From NCBI GenBank assembly GCA_963804645.1, contig CAWDRG010000005.1:64001-128000 (forward strand): 64,000 nucleotides of DNA, read 5' to 3'. Numbering within the stretch: position 1 is the stretch's first letter; every line of letters starts with the position of its first letter. Below the pieces are notes generated by a model, which made no database searches, was not told the DNA's origin, and was given only the letters and a program-made list of their open reading frames with translations. Shown one piece after another: positions 27,887 through 37,754 of the stretch. Source of the DNA: an uncultured Bacillota bacterium. Lineage in GTDB: Bacteria > Sysuimicrobiota > Sysuimicrobiia > Sysuimicrobiales > Segetimicrobiaceae. A program made the translations under genes and the position numbers.

Positions 27887-29044
27887 TCACCCGCCGTTCG
27901 CGGAGGTCGCCGCCGACCGCGCCCGATCGGGAATCGCCGCCGCGCCGGCAAACTCACGAATCGCCGCGACCACGACCTCTACCTGCTCGGGCGTCGTCTC
28001 CGCGCTCATCGGCAGCGAGAGGACCTCCTTACAGATGCGTTCGGTCTCCGGCAGATGCGGGTCGGCCAAGCCGAGATCCGGATGCGCCCACATCGGCTTC
28101 GGCCAGTGGACCAGGGTCTCAACGCCGCGAGCCGTCAGGTGCGCGCGCAGCCGGTCCCGGTCGCGGCTCCGGACGACGTAATTCTGAAAGACGTCGAAAC
28201 AATGGGCCTCGCTGAAGTGCGGGAGCCCGAGTCCCGGCACGCCCTCCAGCCCCTCGCGGTAGAGCGCCGCGATGCGGCGCCGGTGCTCGATCCACTGCGG
28301 CAGGTACGGCAGCTTCACGCTCAGCACCGCCGCCTGGACGTTATCCAACAGCGCGGTGTAGCCGTGTCCGTGATACTCACCGGTTTCCCGGTCCTCCCCG
28401 TTGTAGCGCAGCAGGCTCGCCTGCCGCGCGACCCGCGGATCGTTGGTCGTCACCGCCCCGGCGTCGCCGAACGATCCCAGGATCTTGAACGGATAGAAAC
28501 TGAAGCACCCGGCCGCCCCGAAGCCCCCGGCGCGCCTCCCGTCATGGGTCGCGCCGAGCGCCTGCGCGGCGTCCTCGATCACCGCCAGCCCGTGCTTGTC
28601 GGCAATCGCCATGATGCGGCCCATGTCGCAGACCCGTCCATTCAGGTGCACCGGAATGACCGCCTTCGTGCGGCGGGTGATCGCGGGCTCCAGGCGATCG
28701 GGATCCATGTTGTAGTCGTCCCGCACCTCGATCATCACGGGCGCGGCGCCGCAGTGGATGATCGCCGACACGGTCGCGAGAAACGTGTGTCCGACGGTGA
28801 TCACCTCGTCGCCCGGCCCGATGCCGGCGCCGAGGAGGGCGAAATGCAGGGCGTGATACCCGCTGTTTACCCCGACGGCGTAGCGAACCCCGACAAACGC
28901 CGCGAGCTGCTCTTCGAACTCCCGCAGCTGCTTGCGGTAGATCAGATCTCCGGTGGACAGGCACCCGAGGATCGCGGCGTCGATCTCCGGCTTCAGCCGC
29001 TGGTAGTGGGTACGCGGGTCTACGAATGGCACTTTGAATCCCAT
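27887..29044 (-). CDS. DegT/DnrJ/EryC1/StrS sugar aminotransferase
   Basis: GPGDEVI, IEDAAQALG, FSFYPFKILG (PLP Lys), LSLPM. Confidence 0.93.
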   Translation of the reverse strand: MGFKVPFVDPRTHYQRLKPEIDAAILGCLSTGDLIYRKQLREFEEQLAAFVGVRYAVGVNSGYHALHFALLGAGIGPGDEVITVGHTFLATVSAIIHCGAAPVMIEVRDDYNMDPDRLEPAITRRTKAVIPVHLNGRVCDMGRIMAIADKHGLAVIEDAAQALGATHDGRRAGGFGAAGCFSFYPFKILGSFGDAGAVTTNDPRVARQASLLRYNGEDRETGEYHGHGYTALLDNVQAAVLSVKLPYLPQWIEHRRRIAALYREGLEGVPGLGLPHFSEAHCFDVFQNYVVRSRDRDRLRAHLTARGVETLVHWPKPMWAHPDLGLADPHLPETERICKEVLSLPMSAETTPEQVEVVVAAIREFAGAAAIPDRARSAATSANGG

Positions 29045-29054
29045 CGGATCCTCC

Positions 29055-30038
29055 TTAGGATGAGCTTGACCAAACGCCCCGGACCGCGGCGGCGATCGTC
29101 TCGTCGGTCGGATAGTAGGCGCGCTCCAGCGCCGCGCTCATCGGCGCCGGCGTGTCCGGCAGGGTCACACGCACGATCGGCGCCTTCAGATCGCGGAACA
29201 CCTCCGCGCCCACCGTCGCCGCGACCTCACCGGCGACCCCGCCGGTTGCCCAGGCCCCGTCCGCGACCACCAGGCGCCCGGTCTTTCTAACCGAGGTGCA
29301 CACGAGGTCTCGATCCCACGGCTTGATCGACCGCAGGTCGATCAGCTCCACGTCGATGCCCTCAGACGCGAGCGTCCGGCCGGCCTGCGACGCGAGCGCG
29401 GCCATATACGAGGTGGCGACGACGGTCACGTCCGCACCTTCGCGCACGACCATGCCCCGTCCAATCGGCACCGTGTACATCTCCTCCGGCACCGCGCCCG
29501 CCTGACTATACAACCAGCGGTCATCGATGTACATGACCGGATTGCCATCCTCCACGGCGGCGATGAGCAATCCTTTGGCGTCGTAGGGAGTGGCCGGCAT
29601 GACGACTTTGAGCCCCGGTACATGCATGAAAAACGCCTGCAGCGCCTGCGAGTGCTGGGCCCCCTGCTCCCCGCCCCGGTTGATGACGGCGCGGATCACC
29701 ATCGGGACGCTGGCCTGTCCCGCGAACAAGTACGACCAGTTGGCCGCCTGGTTCACGATCGGGTCGACCGCCAGCAGCATGAAGTCCATGCGCGGGTGAA
29801 ACACGATCGGCCGCATGCCGGTGAGCGCCGCCCCGACCGCGGCCCCGGTGGTCGCGTTCTCCGACACGGGACAGTCGATCACGCGATCGCGGCCGAACTG
29901 CTTCTCCAAGCCCTGCAGGCTGCTGCCCGCATACCACGGACTCCAGAGGCCCTGCCCGATCACGAACACCCTCGGATCGCGGTCGAGCAGCTGCGCGTGT
30001 GCCTCCCGGATCGCCTCCGCGTACGTCAACTCGCGCAT
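29055..30038 (-). CDS. TPP-dependent 2-oxoacid dehydrogenase E1 beta-like subunit
   Basis: TYAEAIREA, DCPVSEN, GAQHSQ, PGLKVV, IDLRSIKPWD, SVRKTGRL. Confidence 0.92.
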   Translation of the reverse strand: MRELTYAEAIREAHAQLLDRDPRVFVIGQGLWSPWYAGSSLQGLEKQFGRDRVIDCPVSENATTGAAVGAALTGMRPIVFHPRMDFMLLAVDPIVNQAANWSYLFAGQASVPMVIRAVINRGGEQGAQHSQALQAFFMHVPGLKVVMPATPYDAKGLLIAAVEDGNPVMYIDDRWLYSQAGAVPEEMYTVPIGRGMVVREGADVTVVATSYMAALASQAGRTLASEGIDVELIDLRSIKPWDRDLVCTSVRKTGRLVVADGAWATGGVAGEVAATVGAEVFRDLKAPIVRVTLPDTPAPMSAALERAYYPTDETIAAAVRGVWSSSS

Positions 30039-30041
30039 GGG

Positions 30042-31065
30042 CTACGGGACCTCGGGCCTCGACACGAACACGTGCGCCTGCATCTCCGCCGCGGCGGGAT
30101 ACGGAGAACGCCGGGCGAACTCGACCGCGTCGTCGATCTCGGCCCGGAGGTCCCGTCCGATTCGGTCGAGATCGTCCTCGGACGCGCCCGCACGAAGCAC
30201 GGTCGCGCGCGTGCGCGCGACAGGGTCTTTCGGCAGCCAGTCCTGCAACTCGTCCCGCCGCTTGACCCCGACATCCATGTCCCATGCCGCGCCGACGTGT
30301 CCGCGCCAGCGGAAGGTGCGGCACTCCAACAGCGACGGGCCGCCCCCCGCCCGCGCCCGGGCGACCGCCTCCACCGCCGCGTGGTGCACGGCGGACAGAT
30401 CATTTCCGTCCAGCACCGTACCCGGGAGCCCGTGCGCCTCGGCGATCTTGAAGATATTGTCCTGCGCCCTGCGCTCCAGCAGGTGCATGTGGCTCGCGTA
30501 CAGGTTATTCTCGCACACGAAGACGACCGGCAGGTCGGTAGACCGCGGCCAGATTCAGGGACTCGTGCACGTGGCCTTCCTCCACTGCGCCGTCGCCGAA
30601 GAACGGGACCGAGACCAGATGATCCCCGCGCAGCTTGGACGCGAGCCCGGCGCCGACTGCGAGCGGCACCGTCGCGGCGACGAGCGGGACCGTCCCGAAG
30701 ATCCCGACGGATGGGGCGATGAGGTGCATCGACCCGCCCCGTCCCCGCGAACATCCCGTGACCTTGCCGTACATCTCGGCCATCAGCGCCCGGAGATCCC
30801 CGCCCTTCGCAAGATAGTGCCCGTGGGACCGGTGGCCGCCCCAGACGGAGTCGTGCGGCTCGAGTGCGGCGCACACACCGACGGCGATCGCCTCCTGTCC
30901 AATGTACAAGTGACACGGCGTCTTGATCTCGCCGGCCTCGACCAAGTCCGCCACGCGCTCTTCGAACAGCCGGATCCGGAGCATCATCGCGTACATCGAT
31001 CGCAGCGCGACGGCGGGGCCTTCGCCCGCGCCGCTGCCGTGCCGTGTCAACGCCGTTGGCTCCAT
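30042..31065 (-). pseudogene. TPP-dependent E1 alpha-like subunit split by a +1 frameshift near 30535
   Basis: The N-part (IRLFEE, HLYIGQEA, HRSHGH, GGSMH, GDGAVEEG) and C-part (LPVVFVCENN, RWRGH, DP) join if one base is removed from TACCGACCTG. Confidence 0.85.
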
Positions 31066-31133
31066 CCGACCCCCCCCCGATGATGTGGCGACGGGTGCGC
31101 GCCGCTCGACGCACCCGCGCCCAGACCCCCACC

Positions 31134-31739
31134 CTACGACCGCAGCCGGTCGACCAGGTGCACCCGCAGCGTCTGCAGCATGATCTGGAAATCCACGGCC
31201 AGGGACTGCCGGCGGACGTACTCAAGCGCCAGCCGGTGCTTCTCCGGCCAGATCTTCTCCCGATACGCTAGCTCCGGGTCCGCACTTCCCTCGAGCATCT
31301 TGCCCTCGTCACGAATCCAGAGCGTGGCCCAATCGGTGATGCCGGGCCGTACGGTCAGAATCTCCCGCTCCTCTTCCGTGAACATCGCCACGTAATGGGG
31401 CACCTCGGGCCGGGGGCCGACGATACTCATCTCCCCCTTCAGCACATTCAGAAACTGGGGGAGCTCGTCGAGGTTCAGCCGCCGAATCATTCGGCCGACC
31501 TTGGTGATGCGGCGGTCATCCGCCGCCGTCGAGGAGCCGCCCAGCCGGTCGGCGTTCACGACCATCGTCCGGAACTTGAAAATCCGAAAGGGGCGGCCGT
31601 GCAGCCCCACGCGCTCCTGCCGGAAAAACACCGGACCCGGCGAGTCTCGCTTGATCAGCAGCGCGACGACCAGGAAGATCGGAAACGACACCACGAGTGC
31701 GATCGACGCAACGATCACGTCAACGAGCCGCTTTACCAT
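31134..31739 (-). CDS. Monotopic polyprenol-phosphate phosphoglycosyl transferase (PglC/Bac_transf family)
   Basis: KRLVD, FRQERVG, KFRTM, DELPQ, MSIVGPRP, RPGIT. Confidence 0.95.
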   Translation of the reverse strand: MVKRLVDVIVASIALVVSFPIFLVVALLIKRDSPGPVFFRQERVGLHGRPFRIFKFRTMVVNADRLGGSSTAADDRRITKVGRMIRRLNLDELPQFLNVLKGEMSIVGPRPEVPHYVAMFTEEEREILTVRPGITDWATLWIRDEGKMLEGSADPELAYREKIWPEKHRLALEYVRRQSLAVDFQIMLQTLRVHLVDRLRS

Positions 31740-31834
31740 CGCCAGCTCGGCGACGCCCCGCGCTCCATGCCGTCCCGTTTATCGTCGCGCACGCCCGATC
31801 GGTCCTCCCCGTGTGCCGCGCTACCTCTCGTTCA

Positions 31835-31843
31835 AGGATAGCA
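31835..31843 (-). promoter_or_regulatory. Possible extended -10 promoter for the 31739-22556 sub-operon
   Basis: Minus strand TG-C-TATCCT in the 250-bp gap upstream of the phosphoglycosyl transferase. No good -35. Confidence 0.4.
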
Positions 31844-31988
31844 TATGCGCGCAACGAGGATGCCGCACGGCTCCACGGGCTGGGAACGGAGTACTGGAAA
31901 TGCGCAGGACATCGGTCAGATCGAGTGGCACCGCGTGACTGTCATGGGAGCGGGTTACGGGTCGACCCCACGCCGCCGTCGCATCCGG

Positions 31989-32642
31989 TTATTCTTCGAT
32001 CGGCTCTCCCGCCCCGAACAGCCTGACGAGCACGAGGCCAGCGATAAACCCTCCAACGTGCGCGAAGTAGGCCACGCCGCCCGCCTCGGTCGACGTGATG
32101 CTGCCGAACCCGCTGACTAACTGCGTCGCGAACCAGATTCCGATCAAGACCCAGGAGGTCAGGCGGGCGCTCCAGATCCAGAACGGCACGAGGATGGCGA
32201 TCAAGATTCGGTCCCCGGGAAATACGATCTGGAACCCGCCGAGCACGCCGGCGATCGCGCCGCTGGCGCCGAGGTTCGGGACGGTCGAGGTCGGGTCCAC
32301 GGCGATCTGCAGCGCGCTGGCCGCGAGCCCGCAGACGAAATAGAAGATGGTGAAGCGGACCGGCCCAAGGTAATTCGCCTCAAGCTCGTCTCCGAACACC
32401 CACAGGTACAGCATGTTGCCGGCGATGTGGATAAAGTTCGCGTGCATGAACATCGAGGTGAACAGCGTCTCGAGATGTTCGCCGCGAACGATCTCAGCCG
32501 GCTTCATTGAGTACCGGAGAATGAAGCTGTCTCCCAGCGCCAACTCGATCAGGAAGACGATAACGTTGGCCGTAATTATCAAGAAGAGCGCGATGGGAAA
32601 TCGACTGAGCGGGCGGGTCTCGTCGCGCAGCGGTAGAATCAT
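31989..32642 (-). CDS. Rhomboid family intramembrane serine protease
   Basis: SMFMHANFIHIAGNM, GASGAIAG (Ser), AYFAHVGGF (His). Confidence 0.95.
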   Translation of the reverse strand: MILPLRDETRPLSRFPIALFLIITANVIVFLIELALGDSFILRYSMKPAEIVRGEHLETLFTSMFMHANFIHIAGNMLYLWVFGDELEANYLGPVRFTIFYFVCGLAASALQIAVDPTSTVPNLGASGAIAGVLGGFQIVFPGDRILIAILVPFWIWSARLTSWVLIGIWFATQLVSGFGSITSTEAGGVAYFAHVGGFIAGLVLVRLFGAGEPIEE

Positions 32643-32908
32643 CGCCGCTTTCCCCCCAAAAACAAGTTACTCGCAGGTCTGGTCAACGCGCCGCCGTCCC
32701 CGCTGGCATCGCCCGACGCGGTCGCGTCGTACGATCCGGTTCTGTGTCAGCGGCGGCACCGCGACCCCGACGATCTCGTGGACCCAGACCCGGCGTGGTC
32801 GCACCACATCGTCGTGCGTCTTCGGCACCGGTCCGTACGAACGGTTCCCGCGGCGCGTGCCGGGACCCTTCCGGCGTCACGGACTGGGCCCGAGCCGGGA
32901 CAAAGCTG

Positions 32909-33520
32909 TCAGCGCTCGGCAAGCGCGAGTTTGATGCCCAAGGCGACAAACGCGCCCGCGAAACCGCGGCGCATCCACGTCAACACCTGCGGACGCGAAA
33001 CGACGTGTGTCCGGATCCAAGCCGCGAACAGGCCGTATCCAACAAAGACAATAAACGTCAGGACCATGAACACCAGGCTCAGCGCGAACATGCGTGAGAG
33101 CGGATGTGGTTCGCGGGTGCTCACAAACTGCGGCAGGAATGCCACGAAGAAGATGGACAGTTTCGGATTGAGCAGGTTAATGAGGATCGCCCGCACGATC
33201 ACGTGCACGGTCGATCGTGTGTCGATGCCCGTGTCCACGCGAAGCGTGCCGCGGTCCCGCAGCGCGTTCCACGCCATGTAGAGCAGGTAGGCCACACCCA
33301 AGTATTTCAGGGTTTGGAATGCGAGCGCGCTTGCGTACAGCACGGCCGCCAGACCCATGATCGCCGCGGCCATGTGCGGGATGATCCCAAGCGTGCATCC
33401 GAACGCCGCAACGATACTGGCGCGCGGACCACGGGAGAGACCGGCCGCCATCGTGTAGAGGACGCCGATCCCCGGCGCCACGATCACGATCAGGGAGGTG
33501 ACGAGAAAGTCCGCGCTCAC
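32909..33520 (-). CDS. LysE/RhtB family translocator
   Basis: IVAPGIG, KYLGVAYLLYMA, NLLNPKLSIFF, FLPQF. GTG at 33520 follows GAGGGGG. Confidence 0.93.
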   Translation of the reverse strand: MSADFLVTSLIVIVAPGIGVLYTMAAGLSRGPRASIVAAFGCTLGIIPHMAAAIMGLAAVLYASALAFQTLKYLGVAYLLYMAWNALRDRGTLRVDTGIDTRSTVHVIVRAILINLLNPKLSIFFVAFLPQFVSTREPHPLSRMFALSLVFMVLTFIVFVGYGLFAAWIRTHVVSRPQVLTWMRRGFAGAFVALGIKLALAER

Positions 33521-33593
33521 GGGATCCCCCTCGCGTGCGTCCGGTGTCCGCGACCGCACGACGGAGCGGCCCACTCCCCCACGCAACGCGGCG

Positions 33594-34757
33594 TCATTCT
33601 GTCTCCCACGGTCCTTTTGCCGCCCGGAACAGAGCGGCGAGAAAGCCGATCGCCATGCCGGCGTTGATGGCCAGAAAATTGTAGACGACCGACGCCACGG
33701 GAACTCGCCGTCCGGACCGCTCTCCCAGGTAGCCGAGCAGTCCGAGGCCCAGCACCAACGCCTCCAGCCACGCCGCAGCGAGATAGATGCCGCCGCGGGG
33801 CGCCAACACCACAGTTGAGATCACGAACGCGACGGCCACGAACGGGCCCAGCCACCGCAAAAAGTGGTGAGAGACGAGCCGCCACGTGATGACCGGATGG
33901 CGGAGGCTTTCCCGAACCCCCCACCGCCGCAGGATCATCGTCACGCTCTTGGAGACGCCCCGCACCTTCGCGCGAAACTCGCTCCGCGCGGACGAAAACG
34001 GTACGTCATGGACGATCGCGTCGTCCGCGAACACCACGCGCCCTCCCTGCAGGATCACGTCGAGCGGCGTCAGGGAGTCGGAGTCGTCGAGCGGACCGCC
34101 CATCGGGCGCCACACCTCCCGTCTCACGGCCATCCCCGCCCCGGTCGACCCCGCCAGGATCCCCAACTGACTTTCCACCCGCCGCAGGTCGGTCTCCAGC
34201 CCCCAGTACCACGTCCGGAGGGCTCCCGTCGCCGTCTCGTTCCCGCGCCAGGCGAGATTCCCGACCACACAACCGACCCGATCGTCTTCGCGAAACCGCG
34301 CGACGACGGCCCGAAGAAATCGGCGATCGAACTCAGAGTCGGCATCGGTGAACACGATGATGTCTACGTGTGCGCCGGCGACGGCGTCGTTCTGCGCGAG
34401 CGCCTTGCCGCGGCGGGGCAGCGCGAGCGCCGCCACACCGCGGGACGCGTAGCGCCGGGCGATCTCGACCGTGCGGTCGGTGCTCCCATCGGATGCCACG
34501 ACAATCTGCAGGCGGTCGCGCGGATAGTCGAGCGCCAGGAGGTTTTCGAGCCGTCGCGCGATGACCCGCTCCTCGTTGTAGACGGCGACGATCACCGCGA
34601 CGGTCGGCGCGTTGCGCTCGTCCACTCGTTGCGTCCCGTCCCGGGCGCTCCGCCGCCCCGGCATGCAGCATGCCGCGGCGCGCAGCAGAAGGTGATATCC
34701 CGCGTATGTGTACGCGAGCAGGGCCGCGGAGATCCAAAACACGAGAAACGCCGTCAC
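33594..34757 (-). CDS. Membrane-anchored glycosyltransferase family 2
   Basis: YTYAGY, YNEE, LDYP, SDGSTD, GKA, FTDAD, C-terminal TM segments. GTG at 34757 overlaps the upstream stop. Confidence 0.92.
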   Translation of the reverse strand: MTAFLVFWISAALLAYTYAGYHLLLRAAACCMPGRRSARDGTQRVDERNAPTVAVIVAVYNEERVIARRLENLLALDYPRDRLQIVVASDGSTDRTVEIARRYASRGVAALALPRRGKALAQNDAVAGAHVDIIVFTDADSEFDRRFLRAVVARFREDDRVGCVVGNLAWRGNETATGALRTWYWGLETDLRRVESQLGILAGSTGAGMAVRREVWRPMGGPLDDSDSLTPLDVILQGGRVVFADDAIVHDVPFSSARSEFRAKVRGVSKSVTMILRRWGVRESLRHPVITWRLVSHHFLRWLGPFVAVAFVISTVVLAPRGGIYLAAAWLEALVLGLGLLGYLGERSGRRVPVASVVYNFLAINAGMAIGFLAALFRAAKGPWETE

Positions 34758-36577
34758 CGGCGGGCCCGCCCGCGCGCGAGGTACGCGGTCGCCGCCCCAC
34801 GCACCCGCGCGTACTGCGCGTCCGAAAGCATCCTCCGGAGCACCGCGCGCCCCGTGTAGCTCATCTGCCAGCGCAGCAGCGTACCGCGATCGGGCCGGAC
34901 GAGATGCGCCAGGTCCGGTTCGCCGACCCCGCGGTGCAGGGCGTTTCTCCGCACCGGCCGCCCCGCCCGCAGCGGAAGCGGGTTCTGGCCCGGCCGAGAC
35001 ACGCACACGCGGGCGTAGCCGGCGTCCACGGCTTCGGCGAGCACCCGATGGCTGTAAATGCCGTGCGGGATCGACAGCGTATCGACCGGCCGCCCGAGCC
35101 GTTCCTGAAGTTCCTCCCGAGACGCCCGCAGCTCGCGGCGAAGCTCGTCCGGAGCGAGCCGCGTCAAATCCGGATGCGAACAGGTGTGGGATCCGAGCTC
35201 CATCCCGGACTCGGCGAGCTCCCGCACCTGGGGCCAGGACAGAAACGATGGGGTACCGACATGGCCCGTCGTAATGAAAAACGTCGCTCGAGCATCCATC
35301 CGAGCGAGCGCGGGCAGCGCGACCGTGGCATCGCTCTCCCAGCCGTCGTCGAACGTGAGGCAGATCGCGTCCGCAGAGGTCCCCGCGGGCGCACGCGCCG
35401 CGTCGGCGAGCGTCTGCACCGGAACCCCGACCGCCCGGACCCGCTCCAAGCAGCGGAGAAACAGCCTCCCGTCGATGTCCGACGGCCGGTCCAGTCCATC
35501 CGCGATGCGGTGGAACAGCAGCACCGTGAGCGTCGGCATTACGGGAGCGCCCGACCGAGTCCGCGACGTCAGAAAACGGGCACGCTCGAGCAGCGGTCGG
35601 GCCAGCAGGTACGCGGACGCCACGGTGCGCATGACGGGGGATCGCCACGTGGCTCCGACATACGCGTGGGGGTATCCGCCGAGGCTGAGCTTGAAGCGGT
35701 CGATCGAGGCCCGTCCGGTACCGCCGAGGTCGTAGCGCCTGAGCCCGCGCTCTACGGCGAACTGGATCACAGACCATTGAATCAGGTTGTTGGGCGCGTA
35801 CGCGCCGACCCCGGGCAGCGACGTGCCGCTCGTGAAGAAGATCTCCTCCTCATCGTGCACGAACAGCCCCATCGCGAGAATCCGGTCGTCCGCTCGGGCC
35901 GACAGAAACAGGAGGCGGTCCTTCGGCAGGAGATGCTCGAGCATCGCGCGGTAGAACCGAAGCCGGTGAGGCGGCCGCCGGCCGGATTTCGCAAATGTGC
36001 CTTCGAGCATCCGGTAAAACAGCGCCAGGTCCGACGGTCCGCCCGCGCAGCGCTCGACCACGACGCCGGCTTTCTCCGCCTTGCGGACCATGTTCCGCCC
36101 TCGGCTCTCCATCCGCTTCCACATCGCGTCAACCGACGCGTCGATGTCCATGAGCAGCGTGGGCACCTCGGTCACGCGCGCACCGGTGGCGCCGGCCATC
36201 GCGAGAAACTCCGGATCGGGCTCCGGCAGCATCCATTCGATCGACGCGTACCCGTGATCCCGCAGGAACCGAAGCTGCCCCTCAAGGATCTCGCGCCGCC
36301 GCCCCTCCGCCTCAGCCAGCCAGACCGGGCGCTGAAACGGGGTGAAACACCCGGGCAGCGGGCTCCCGATGAGACGCAGCGGTCCTCGGCGCGTCTCGAA
36401 CCATGGGACGAGCGCCAGCGGGGCACGCGCCTCGGTGAGCACGCCGACCGGCTGGTAGCCGGCCCCTTCCTGAACGACCCGCGCCCACTCGGTCTGCTGG
36501 TACACCGACGTCCCGCGGCGCGTGATCGCTTCTAGTTCCGCGCCGTGGACCAGCCGATGGGACAGCGCGTCGGTCAC
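34754..36577 (-). CDS. FemAB-like GNAT domain fused to a NodB-type polysaccharide deacetylase
   Basis: GNAT: RNMVRKAEKAGV, PNNLIQW, YDLGG, FKLSLGG. NodB from 35539: LLFH, LTFDDG, GSHTCSH, SIPHG. Confidence 0.85.
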   Translation of the reverse strand: MTDALSHRLVHGAELEAITRRGTSVYQQTEWARVVQEGAGYQPVGVLTEARAPLALVPWFETRRGPLRLIGSPLPGCFTPFQRPVWLAEAEGRRREILEGQLRFLRDHGYASIEWMLPEPDPEFLAMAGATGARVTEVPTLLMDIDASVDAMWKRMESRGRNMVRKAEKAGVVVERCAGGPSDLALFYRMLEGTFAKSGRRPPHRLRFYRAMLEHLLPKDRLLFLSARADDRILAMGLFVHDEEEIFFTSGTSLPGVGAYAPNNLIQWSVIQFAVERGLRRYDLGGTGRASIDRFKLSLGGYPHAYVGATWRSPVMRTVASAYLLARPLLERARFLTSRTRSGAPVMPTLTVLLFHRIADGLDRPSDIDGRLFLRCLERVRAVGVPVQTLADAARAPAGTSADAICLTFDDGWESDATVALPALARMDARATFFITTGHVGTPSFLSWPQVRELAESGMELGSHTCSHPDLTRLAPDELRRELRASREELQERLGRPVDTLSIPHGIYSHRVLAEAVDAGYARVCVSRPGQNPLPLRAGRPVRRNALHRGVGEPDLAHLVRPDRGTLLRWQMSYTGRAVLRRMLSDAQYARVRGAATAYLARGRARR

Positions 36578-36608
36578 CGAGCCCTCCGTCCCGGCGGCGC
36601 CGATGCGC

Positions 36609-37706
36609 TCACGACGCGGCCGCCGCGCGCTCGACGGCACGCGCGATTCCGTCGAGATGACGCGGCTGCAGGCTCTCGTTCACGGGCAGCACAAGGCCTC
36701 GCTCCGACCATGCCCGGGCCCCCGGGAAGGCTTCGAGCCCGAGGTCCGGCACCGCATCGGCACCAGGCCACTGTGATGCCCCGACCCCCATGGCGCGGAG
36801 CGCCCGGCACATGCGCGCAGGGTTCGACACGCGCACAGGGAGCACCTGAGACACGGAACCCTCCGGAGGCACCGGCACCGGGACGTCCACCCCTCGAACG
36901 GCCGCGAGCCGCTCGGCGAGCGCCGCGTAATGTGCGTTCCTCCGCCGGATGAGCGCGCGGATATCCATCGCCGCGAGCAACCGCGGCGACAGTCCGGACC
37001 CGCGCGCGGGCTCACCGCTGGGCTCGCCCCCGTCCCTCGGTCGAGCCCGCAGCCGATCCTCGATCGGCAGGATGTTCCATCCCAGGCGAAACGCAACGGA
37101 CTCGACGACGAGTTGCGCCAGGCGCACCGCCGGGACCGGCGGTTCCAGCGGCGGCGCGGCTGGGGAATCGGGCAGCGGCAGCGCCGGATCGTTCACGACG
37201 AGGACGCCACCGTCCGGCACCGGCAGCAGTTTGCGAAGGCTGAAGATCGCGAAATCCCCCGAGCGGCCCATCGGCCGCGGCGCATCCGGGTCGGGAAGCC
37301 CGTGGGCGCAGTCCTCGATGAGGTGCGCGCCCCGGGCACGGCACTGCTCGCGAGCGGACTGCGCGGGTCCGGCGAGACCAAAGTAATGGAGCAACACCAC
37401 GAGGTCCGCCGGGCGGGCGTCGTGGAATTCGGTGTTGGGCTGCAAGGTATCGGTAATGTCATACGGCACGAGCTGGAGCCCACGCTGGACGAGCGGCGCG
37501 ACCGCGGCCCGGCAGACGTACGCGGGGATCCAGGCACGCTGCCCCGGGACCGCCCCCATCGCCTGCAGCCCCGCGAGGAACGCGAGGCGACCGGTTCGAT
37601 ACCACCGCACGCGCGTCCCGAACAGCGCGGGCTGCCAATCGGGTCTCCCGCGGCGCGCAGCGTACAACTCGGCAAGCCCGATGACTCCCCGATCCGGTAC
37701 GTTCAC
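36609..37706 (-). CDS. Divergent DegT-fold PLP-dependent aminotransferase-like protein
   Basis: TGR, PAYVC, HYFG, IEDCAH, FSLRKLLP..DGG, LVLPV. Confidence 0.75.
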   Translation of the reverse strand: MNVPDRGVIGLAELYAARRGRPDWQPALFGTRVRWYRTGRLAFLAGLQAMGAVPGQRAWIPAYVCRAAVAPLVQRGLQLVPYDITDTLQPNTEFHDARPADLVVLLHYFGLAGPAQSAREQCRARGAHLIEDCAHGLPDPDAPRPMGRSGDFAIFSLRKLLPVPDGGVLVVNDPALPLPDSPAAPPLEPPVPAVRLAQLVVESVAFRLGWNILPIEDRLRARPRDGGEPSGEPARGSGLSPRLLAAMDIRALIRRRNAHYAALAERLAAVRGVDVPVPVPPEGSVSQVLPVRVSNPARMCRALRAMGVGASQWPGADAVPDLGLEAFPGARAWSERGLVLPVNESLQPRHLDGIARAVERAAAAS

Positions 37707-37754
37707 GACGACGTGGGTCCCCCGAGCGACGCGGCCCGACGAACGATCGCCATC

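Noticed and set aside
31812..31830. ops/JUMPstart element (GAGGTAGCGCGG on the minus strand)
   Set aside because: It mismatches GGCGGTAGnnTG, and no RfaH/NusG paralogue is in the window.
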